From NCBI GenBank assembly GCA_002104905.1, contig MCFE01000476.1, positions 1-64,000 of the forward strand: 64,000 nucleotides of DNA, in the 5' to 3' direction. The position numbers and the translations under genes were made by a program. This stretch comes from Basidiobolus meristosporus CBS 931.73. Lineage: Eukaryota > Fungi > Basidiobolomycota. Shown here piece after piece: positions 25,716 to 35,049 of the stretch; position 1 is the stretch's first letter, and every line of letters begins with the position of its first letter. The notes beneath the pieces are model-generated. The model was not told the DNA's origin. It was given only the letters and a program-made list of their open reading frames with translations, and ran no database searches.

Positions 25716-26794
25716 TGTGGTGGTGTATAAGTCCAAAAGGGCAAAATACAGCCAACACTTCTCAAGTGTGAATGTGTGTGGGGTGTTCACTGGGTGCGAT
25801 AACCTCTGGCAAAAGCTTGCTAGGAATACTGGGTCTTTTATCTAATCTAAGTGATGGGGGATAAAGCCTCAAGCTTGTCAAGGGAAAACTATTGAACTAC
25901 AATCCCCAACTTAGTTGGCGTCTTAACAAAAGTTTATAATGGCTTCGACGTCCTTTGAGATGACAATGTACTAAAGCTTCCAAAGTCAAAACAACTGTAA
26001 ACTCCACCAACAGGGACTTGATAAGAATGCAGCTTTGACCAATAGTTACAAAGACTGAAAAGTATCTTTGCCTGTACAAGAACAAACTTGGGAAAACAAA
26101 CAAATATAATAAAATATACCTACTCTGAGTATTCCTCACGAGTGGTGCCTCCAAGGTCAGTTGGCTGTCAGCGCGGTTTCCTGGGAGTGTCGTCAGATCT
26201 GAGTCAGAAAATAGTGGTAATAGGTAGCGGTGATCTCGCTAATCAATAAGTCGGAATATTGGAAGAGGGATGATTTATTTTAAGGGATAGCCTCCCTTAT
26301 ATACTTTTTTGCTGCTCAATTTCTTGCTAGAAAATACTTTCCGGAAGTTTCCAGAAGGTAGTAGACAACCAATCATGTCTTTGTGTACTAAAAATAGCGC
26401 AAATTCTTGGCGGATTGTTCCATGAGACATAGTAGTACCTAGCCAATCAGGTAGTGGTAACATGAAACCTCTGTGTCATGTGGTTGCCTCTTATGGTAGT
26501 GAGATGGGGGATTATGAAACCAAGATGGTCACGTGACATGGGCACTGTTGGGGTACTTGCCTTATAAGGTAACTATCTTATCTTGGCATCTCGGCAAGGA
26601 ATAAGAATAGCTTGTGCAATGGGTTAATAGGGACAAATAGCTTGTCAGGTTGCATAGTAATAATCACATAGACAAAAATAGGAAATATTGCAAATTTGGG
26701 ATGATAATAATATAGGCGGGGTAATCCTTTTTAGGGAAGTGAATGCATAAGAATGAGCACATCTGCCTGTGGGTGTCACTGTGACCCCACTACA
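25716..26794. repeat. LTR-X solo LTR (1079 bp), TSD CCGC
   Basis: TG...CA termini; CCGC at 25712-25715 and 26795-26798. Confidence 0.92.
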
Positions 26795-26826
26795 CCGCCT
26801 CCATACAATCATCCATCAATTTTAAT

Positions 26827-27711
26827 ATGACTTACTCATCTGAATGGTCTTTTCTCATCAATCCCATCACTACCACTGGATTTCCTTTTGACACACTGGA
26901 GGAGATCTATTCCAAGTACTGTGGACCATCAACCCCAATCTACTCAAGGAGATCCCTTGTTAAGCTTCTCTGCTATTACAAGAACTATTGCCCTACAAGG
27001 TTTCATCCCACCATCCATGGCAACAAAAGTCCTAGAAGCTTTCATTCCCAGCTGACAGCAATGGAGAACCACCTTGCAGAGGGTATGAATGACTTAGAGC
27101 AAGCTTGGAATACTAGGTTCAGAAGCTCCAATAGACTTCCATATCCCAGAGTGTTCAGCAACAGGTTCCATATCAGGAGTATTTTGGATACCTTCCCAGT
27201 GAGGATTAACAGACCTTCTAGAGGGCAGAGGCACTTTTATTCTGGCAAGTACAAGGCACACTGTGTGAAGTTTCAAGCACTGTCTGACATTGAGGGTAAC
27301 ATCATCTGGTTTAGTGGGCCATTTGCTGGAAGTAGGCATGACAAAGCACTCTGGGTAGAGAATCATCCTGAATTCAGTAGAGGGGAGAAATGTATGGCAG
27401 ACTTGGCCTATATAGGAGAGAATTGTCAGAGATTAGGATGTATTACAGCTTATAGGAAGCCAAGGAATGGTGTGCTTAGCAGGAAGCAGAAGCTCTACAA
27501 TGAGATATTTGATCATTTCAGAGTAAGGGTAGAGCACACATTTGGATATCTGAAGAGATTCAGCATATTGGCAGGAAAATACAGAGGAAAGTCATATATA
27601 GGTGAAAACAGCAGAATAGGTAAAATAGTTAAGATACTTATTAATGCACAGTATGTTAATACAAGAAGACATCCACTGAGAGAAATGTGTCTGGAGCATT
27701 ATGAAGAGTAA
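26827..27711 (+). CDS. Intact DDE transposase, PIF/Harbinger-IS5-like (DDE_Tnp_4 type), 294 aa
   Basis: ILDTFPVRINRP, YSGKYKAHCVKFQ, SGPFAGSRHD, ADLAYIG, KPRNGVLS..Q.LYN, RVRVEHTFGYLKRFSIL..KYR. Confidence 0.93.
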   Translation: MTYSSEWSFLINPITTTGFPFDTLEEIYSKYCGPSTPIYSRRSLVKLLCYYKNYCPTRFHPTIHGNKSPRSFHSQLTAMENHLAEGMNDLEQAWNTRFRSSNRLPYPRVFSNRFHIRSILDTFPVRINRPSRGQRHFYSGKYKAHCVKFQALSDIEGNIIWFSGPFAGSRHDKALWVENHPEFSRGEKCMADLAYIGENCQRLGCITAYRKPRNGVLSRKQKLYNEIFDHFRVRVEHTFGYLKRFSILAGKYRGKSYIGENSRIGKIVKILINAQYVNTRRHPLREMCLEHYEE

Positions 27712-29629
27712 ATAAAGCAAGGAAAGCACTATTCTGAGCAACATAAGTAAGATTGAGTAAAATTACCAGTAACTGTATCATACCACTGGCATCATGGTAG
27801 AAACTATAGTGCCAGATAGTGCTGTAGAGTGCCAGATCAATCCGGCACTATAAACAGGCAGGCACTATGTGGCACTATCCAACGGAACAAGTCTATTATC
27901 CTGGATTCCAACAGGCAAATGGATTTTGGGCCAGCATTGGCATACTAAGAAAGTATCTTGAGAATAGCAGAAATTATCAAAGGCAGCAGAACAAGGGTGC
28001 CATGGCTAAAAACCAGCAGCTTCCTCAAGAGCCTGTTACAAGCAGGGCCAAGCAGGCAGTCATTGAAGCACCAGCACAATATTTATCAAGGAAAAAGTGT
28101 AGTACCACTCAAGAAGCCCCCAGTCAAAGTAGCAGTGAAGGATCTGGCAGTGATAAAAACCAGCTGCTGTTACTGGAGCCTGTCACAACTATGGTTGAGA
28201 GCTGAAAACAAGCTGAAAAGAAACACAGGTTGCCAGAAGAGTACCAGCAAGGGACAAGCAGGCCAAAACAGATGCATCAGAGCAGAATTTATTGAGGAGA
28301 AAATGTAGTTCTTTACAAGAAGCATTCAGACAAAGTAGCAGTGAAAGACCTGACAGTGATAAAGGAAAAGGTAAAGGGAAAAATGTCTACCCAAGCCTGA
28401 GACAGGGAGGCATGCAGAAGAAACTGCAGTTCTCCGCAATTAACACCACAAGCCAGGAACAGACTGAATCCCATCATAGCCAAGAAGAATTACCGACAAG
28501 AAAACAGCTGTTGGAAGCACAGCCAGTTCAGCTTCACTCCAGCAAGGTAGAAGAGTTTGATGAAAAAAGCAATTTGTCTACCACAGCATCCACATCCTCC
28601 ACAGCCTCCATTGTTGACAGAGTGGGGATCCCACTGCCAGACAAGGCTACAATGTCAAGAGCTCAAAAGACTATCACAATGCCTTCAGTGGAGCTTTGGA
28701 ACATTAATAGGCACACCAAGAGGTTGCAGCACTTCTTCAGGAGCAGTGCTCAAGAAAATGCACTGGAATATTGCAAGGATTTATTGCAAAGACTAGCAGA
28801 TAAGACGCTAGACCTTGCAGTGCTGGCTGAAGACCAGGATGTGTGGGAACCAGTGAATGAACAGTGGCATAAAGCCGTTGGGCTCCTGCCAAAGTCATGC
28901 AACCAGAGCATTACAACAGAAATACTTATTGAGTGGTGGATTTTAATGAAGTTACTTGCTGAGTGTGGGGTTGGGCTTAATGTTAGTGTAGGGTATAGAG
29001 ACTTGTATAGGTCTATACAATTGGCAATTGAGGTACAACTGAAGTTTCAATGGAAATAAATCAATTTGTATGCATGAAAAGTAAGAGAAATGGTTGAGGC
29101 AGGAACTAAGGAGTGTGAAAAAGAGGCAATAGCCAATTAACTCACACAAACATAGGAGGCAATAGAGTGTCTGGGATCAGAAAGTGAGCAAACTGACTGG
29201 GAACCAATCAAAAGGCACTTATACATTGTTGTGATGAAAAATTTTGACAAAGTCTTTTGTGAAATCTGGGGTGCAATTATTTTTCATTGGTCTCTGGACA
29301 GTGTCCTGACAAGATCAGTATCTCTTAGTCATGGGACATTAACTTTGTGAAGGCCTTTTGATGGGATCATCTCAATAGTTTTTCATAGGGATAATGGTAA
29401 AGGTAAACAGAAAAGGTCTTCCAAAGTCAGAGACAGGGAGCCTGAGGAAAAAGCAGCAGTTCTCAGCAGTTAATGCTGTCATCCCAGAACAGGCTGAGTC
29501 CCATCATAGCCCAGAAGAATTACCAACAAGACATTAGTTGTTTTCTCAAGTGTTGGAGGTGCAGCCAGTGGAACTGGGCTCCAGTGAGGTAGATGAGTTT
29601 GCAGAGAAAATCAATTTATCTGCCATCAC

Positions 29630-29985
29630 CTTTTATAATCACATGACATCCTTGACCTTTCATGATCTGGCCATATCATGTTGGTGAAGAATTCCCAGTT
29701 CTTTCTGGAGAGCTCTACTACATTTTAGCAACTCTTGGAGAGCTCCAAGTCAACAATTCACAATGAAATATTCTATGGAAGCTTCCCTTTGAAGTTTATG
29801 TAGCTCAAAACTATATATGGCCACTGCATGTCACATGACCTAGTCACATGATCAGCTGACCCTTGACATATCCACATGTGATGTTCTAATATGTTCTTCA
29901 GTATATTTTTATCTTAGAACAGTTGCTGTGCCTCACCCCAGAGCTCCATAAGTACTAGCCAATATCCCTGGGCATCCATATTGCC
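29630..29985. repeat. About 350-bp unclassified dispersed repeat (second copy reversed at about 39185-39543)
   Basis: Clear similarity between the two copies; boundaries uncertain; possibly a solo LTR. Confidence 0.5.
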
Positions 29986-30003
29986 AGAAGTATATAAATT
30001 CCC

Positions 30004-30348
30004 TGTTGTAGCAGTCTTGGCAATATTGAAAGTGAATGGGAGAACAAGTAGATTATGTGGTTTCACTTAATTATTTATCAATGTTAAGTAGTATTTATAA
30101 ATTTACTTGGTATTGGCATAACAAACATGTAGAATAGGCTTAGGAAGGTCCCAAGAGCATGTGTGCAAAGTTTGGGGCTGTATGGACAACTCAGAGAATT
30201 TTATGTTCTGGGTACCTGGTATATTGGTGAAAATACTCTAAGTAAATCCCAACAAGGAGTCTGGTCAGTATTCACTTGGATTGGAAGGTATTGATCTAAG
30301 TGACTAAGTTAGGCAAATATTTAGGTGGAATTACATACTTCTAGAACA
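30004..30348 (-). repeat. Copia-A solo LTR (decayed, no TSD match)
   Basis: Homology to 2472-2821. Confidence 0.85.
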
Positions 30349-31300
30349 GTTCTATCCCCCTTTATATGCTCTGCAGTCTGATAAATGTTGGTCATGAATA
30401 ACTAGCCTTGTCTTATTGATCAGCACCCAAGTCCTTTCCTGGTCCTCCCTAGCCCATCTCTACTCTTCTGCCTTAGATCCGCTGATAACACTATCCCCAC
30501 ACCTTCCACTGTAGGCAGAGTGGAGATCACACTGACGGACAAAGCAACAACATCAAGCACTCAAAGTCTATCACAATGTATAGGAACCAGTGAGTAAGCA
30601 GTGGCATAAAGCCACAGGGCTCCTACAGAAGTCATGGAAAACGGGACATTGCAGCATAAGTTCCTATTGAATAAAGATTTTTATGGAGTTGCTTTTTGAG
30701 TGTGGGGCTGGGCCTAGTGTTAGTGGTGAGTATAGGGACTTGCATAAGTCAATATAATTGGCAATTAGAGTAAAACTGAAGTTTCAACACAAATAAAGCA
30801 ACTTGTATGTATGCAAATTAAGAGAATTGGTTGAGTCAGGAAGTAAGGAGTATGAAAATGAGCCATTAGCTAATCATTGGACACAAGTGTAGAAGCTGAT
30901 TGGGTGTACATGATCAAAAAGTGAGAGAATTGGTGGGGACCATTCAGATGCCACTGTTGTATTGTTGTGGTGATGAGTTTTGACTCAGTTTTTTGCAAAT
31001 CTGGGGGGCAATTACTTGTCAACAGTGCTTGCATAGTGTCCTGATAGGATCAATACCTTGTAGTCACAGGACTTTATTCATGTGATGATCTTTTGATGGT
31101 GTGGTGAGGCATAAGTCCAAGGGAAAGATACATCCAACACTTCTCAAGTGTTTTGTGTGTGGGGTGTTCACTGGGTGCAAGAACCACTGGCAACAGCTTG
31201 TTGGGAATACTTGGGTTCTCTTTCTACTCAAACATGGAGGGGAATAAAGTCAAAAGCTTGTCAAGGGAAAGCTATTGAGCTACAATCCCCAACTCAGCGG

Positions 31301-32370
31301 TGTGATGGTGTATAAGTCCAAGGGAGAGATATGTCCAACACTTCTCAAGTGTTTTGTGTGTGGGGTGCTCACTGGGTGCAATAACCTCTGGCAAAAGCTT
31401 GCTAGGAATACTTGGGTTCTGTCTCTAATCTAATGTGAACAGGAATAAAGCCATAAGCTTGTCAAGGGACAACTATTGAGCTACAATCCCCAACTTAGTT
31501 GGCGTCTTAACAAAAGTATGTGCTGGGTTCAGCGTCCTTTGAGATGACAATGTACTAAAGCTTCCAAAGTCAAAACAACTGTAAACTCCACCAGCAGGGA
31601 CTTGATAAGAATGCAGCTGTGGTCAATAGTTACAAAGAAAGAAAAGTATCTTTGCCTGTACAAGAACAAACTTGTGAAAGAATCAAATATAATAAATTAT
31701 ACCTACTCTGAGTATTCCTCACCAGTAGTGCCTCCAAGGTCAGTTGGCTGTCAGTGCGGTTTCCTGGGAGTGTCCTGTGGTCTGGGGTTGGAAGTTCAGG
31801 TAGCAGCAGGTAGCAGTGATCACACTAATCAACAAGTTGGTATATTGATAAAAGGGATGATGATTTATTGTAGAGGGACAGCCTCCCTTATATACTTTTC
31901 TCACTGGCTAAGTGATTACTAATCATGGTGTTCCAGAAGGTTCCGGATATCAATAGAAATCTTATTGACATCAGAATGACCTAAGAATTTTCTAAGTAGG
32001 TGCCGGAAGGTTCCAAGAGGCACAGCACATCCAACCAATCAGGAATCAGTATTCTGAAACCTGCGTAACATAAGGATACCATATATGGTATGGAAATGGT
32101 AGGGATGGTGACACGGGTTGGTCATGTGCCGCGGGTACTGGCGCTGGAACTTGCCTAATATAGAAGCACTTATAGCTAGTAATCTTACATAAAGTGAGGG
32201 GTAACTTATGCAATAAGGTAAGCAGGTGTGATAGTCAACTGGCTTATGGGATAGTACTGATTGGGTAAGACAAATGGGATAAAACTAAAATAAGTGTAGT
32301 AGAGATATGGAAAGTAGAAAATAAGGGAATGAGCACATCTGTCAGTGGGTGTCACTGTCATCCCACTACA
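31301..32370. repeat. LTR-X solo LTR nested in LTR-X, TSD GCGG/GCAG
   Basis: TGTGATGG...CCACTACA; host LTR sequence resumes at 32375. Confidence 0.9.
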
Positions 32371-32742
32371 GCAGGCATCTTAATAAATGTATTTGCTGGG
32401 AGCAGCATCCTTTGAGATGACAATGTGCTAAAGCTCCCAAGGTCAGATCAACTGTAAACTTCACCAGCAGGGACTTAATTAAAATGCAGCTGTTGTCAAC
32501 AGTTACAAAGACAGAGAGCTAACTTTCCCTGTACAAGAACAAACTTGGGAAAGAACAAAATATAATAAAAGATTCCAACTCTGAGTATTCCTCACAAATG
32601 GTGCCTCCAAGGTTAGATGGCCATCAGTGAGGTTTCTTGGGAGTGTCCTATGGTCTGGGACTGGAAGTTTAGGTAGCAGCAGGTAGCAGTGATCACACTA
32701 ATCTACAAGTCAGTTTGTTGACAAAAGGGATGATGATTTATT

Positions 32743-33476
32743 AGACTTGTTCTGTTGGATAGGGCCACATTGAGCCATGAGTGCCAAATGATGCCATAGT
32801 GTGCCAGAGAGGTCAAGTGAGCCTCTACCTGGCCACAGAGTGTGAAACATAGCTCCGCATCTTCATGCCAAGCAGCCCCTGTGTTTCACCCATTGTGTTG
32901 GAGAAAATCCATTTTTGGACCTTTTTTTTTGGATCAATGTTGTGCAGGATGTGTTAGAGCAAAAGCAGATTGAAGATATGCATCTGGTACTCAATACCCA
33001 TGGCACTCTGAATCTAGCTCCTGTAGCTTGTATCATGTCACAAAAATGAATGGCACTATCTTGGTCCACTGGTACTATCTGGCACTATAAGTGCTTTGTA
33101 TAGATCTTACTTTAGGGCTAATATTTAAATATAGTGCCAGATAGTACCAGTGGACCAAGATAGTGCCATTCATTTTTGTGACATGATACAAGCTACAGGA
33201 GCTAGATTCAGAGTGCCATGGGTATTGAGTACCAGATGCATATCTTCAGCTCTCCTGTGCTCTTACACATCCTGAGCTACATTGATCCACAAAAAAAGGT
33301 CAAAAAATGGATTTTCTCCTGCGCAATGGGTGAAACACAGGGGTTGCTTTACATGAAGATGCAGAGCTATGTTTCACACTCTGTGGCCAAGTATAGGCTC
33401 ACTTGACCTCTCTGGCACACTATGGCATTGTTTGGCACTCATGGCTCAATGTGGCACTATCCAACGGAACAAGTCT
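32743..33476. mobile_element. Fold-back MITE copy 2 (734 bp), TSD ATT
   Basis: ATT at 32740-32742 and 33477-33479; arms 32743-33089 and 33130-33476. Confidence 0.95.
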
Positions 33477-34191
33477 ATTGTTAAGGAATTGCCTCCCTTG
33501 TATACGTTTTACGTTATCTAAGTGATCACCAATCATGGTGTTCCAGAAGGTTGTGGAGATCCATAGAAATCTCAATCTCATCAGAATGAGCTAAGAATGA
33601 CGTGAGTAGATGCTGGAAGGTTTTAAGAGACACAGCATATCCAACCAACCAGGATCAGTATTCTAAGATGTGTGCAACATAGGGATGCCATATATGGAAT
33701 GAAGAAGGTAGGGATTGTGACGCCATTTAATCAAATGCTACAAGTCCTGGTGGAGGTACTTGCCTAATATAGAAGGACTTACATCTAGTAATCTTACACA
33801 GAAGTATGGAGTAGGCCCATCTGTCAGTGGGTGTCACTGTGACCCCACTGCAACAGGATCATCACAATTATTATTTACAGGGACTCTAAAATAATGGTTC
33901 TGGAAACTTTAGCTATACTTTTCTGATAAAGCTTAACTAGTAAAGGCCAAGACACCAGATTAATTGAGATCCATTTTTGTGTTGATAGGTGTAGTAGATA
34001 AATGAGAATTGCATTATCAATCAACTGATATCTTGGCAACTGCCAAGTGTTTAGATAGATTTTAAAGGACTAATCACTTGGAAAGGCTTGGCAGAGCAGT
34101 TGATGGTCTAATGACCCTATGCAAATGGATCATATATACAGCTAAAAATAGGTTCTGAGACGGGATAAAATAAACTGTAACTGAAGTTAGT

Positions 34192-34924
34192 AGACTTGTT
34201 CCGTTGGAGAGTGCCACATTGAGCCATGAGTGCCAAATGATGCCATAGTGTGCCAGAGAGGTCAAGTGAGCCTCTACCTGGCCACAGAGTGTGAAACATA
34301 GCTCCGCATCTTCATGCCAAGCAGCCCCTGTGTTTCACCCATTGTGTTGGAGAAAATCCATTTTTGGACCTTTTTTTTTGGATCAATGTTGTGCAGGATG
34401 TGTTAGAGCACAAGCAGATTGAAGATATGCATCTGGTACTCAATACCCATGGCACTCTGAATCTAGCTCCTGTAGCTTGTATCATGTCACAAAAATGAAT
34501 GGCACTATCTTGGTCCACTGGTACTATCTGGCACTATAAGTGCTTTGTATAGATCTTACTTTAGGGCTAATATTTAAATATAGTGCCAGATAGTACCAGT
34601 GGACCAAGATAGTGCCATTCATTTTTGTGACATGATACAAGCTACAGGAGCTAGATTCAGAGTGCCATGGGTATTGAGTACCAGATGCATATCTTCAGTT
34701 CTCCTGTGCTCTTACACATCCTGAGCTACATTGCTCCACAAAAAAGGTCAAAAAATGGATTTTCTCCTGTGCAATGGGTGAAACACAGGGGTTGCTTTAC
34801 ATGAAGATGCAGAGCTATGTTTCACACTCTGTGGCCAAGTATAGGCTCACTTGACCTCTCTGGCACACTATGGCATTGTTTGGCACTTATGGCTCAATGT
34901 GGCACTATCCAACGGAACAAGTCT
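34192..34924. mobile_element. Fold-back MITE copy 3 (733 bp), TSD AGT
   Basis: AGT at 34189-34191 and 34925-34927; arms 34192-34538 and 34579-34924. Confidence 0.95.
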
Positions 34925-35049
34925 AGTTATGTTCAGGATAGGAAAATCACTTAGGGTGATAGATTTGCCATCAGAGTAAAATATGCTAAGTTATAAAAGT
35001 TTTGATACTCTCTGGGCTGCCCTGCATCTCCAATACAGATCAAAAATGG

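Larger units (their letters stand above)
23395..27894. mobile_element. Full-length PHIS (PIF/Harbinger-ISL2EU; Pangu-like) DNA transposon, TSD ATT
   Basis: TIR AGACTTGTTCC / GGAACAAGTCT; ATT at 23392-23394 and 27895-27897; flanks rejoin as CATGAGCATTATCCTGG, which is seen intact at about 60225-60241; encodes a DDE transposase and a second ORF. Confidence 0.92.
21835..29059 (+). pseudogene. ORF-Y: second gene of the CMC element, unknown function; split by MITE-1 and the PHIS element
   Basis: Reading frame continues across both insertions (...ALELFHEH|YPGFQQANGFWASIGILRKYLENSR...); longest open piece 28292-29059 (255 aa); homologs recur elsewhere in the window. Confidence 0.65.
18449..29390. 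mobile_element. CMC/En-Spm-like DNA transposon copy 2 (about 5.7 kb without inserts), TSD ATAA
   Basis: TIRs CCCTACAAAAA and TTTTTCATAGGG; ATAA on both sides; flanks rejoin to a sequence matching 28350-28375. Confidence 0.8.
31100..33852. repeat. LTR-X solo LTR containing a nested LTR-X and MITE-2; TSD ATGG/ACAG
   Basis: Starts TGTGGTGAGG and ends CCCCACTGCA; flanks rejoin to the CMC right end (CTTTTG-ACGG-GATCATC). Confidence 0.82.
2081..33882. mobile_element. CMC/En-Spm-like DNA transposon copy 1 (old; hosts most of the nest)
   Basis: Left end CCCTATGAAAA at 2081 and decayed right end TATTTACAGGG at 33872-33882. Removing the nested inserts restores collinearity with copy 2 (18449-29390). 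TSD not recoverable. Confidence 0.6.

Noticed and set aside
26827-27711. Bacterial IS5-family insertion or contamination
   Set aside because: It is embedded in a two-gene eukaryotic-style element with eukaryotic TE flanks, a nested LTR and local MITE derivatives.
32743-33476. Palindromes as assembly or fold-back artefacts
   Set aside because: The arms carry fixed differences shared across copies, and each copy has its own TSD and flanks.
34189-34927. MITE as a Tc1/mariner (TA) or classical Tourist (TWA) element
   Set aside because: Empty-site lengths and the AGT/AGT case fit only a 3-bp ANT duplication with AGAC...GTCT ends.
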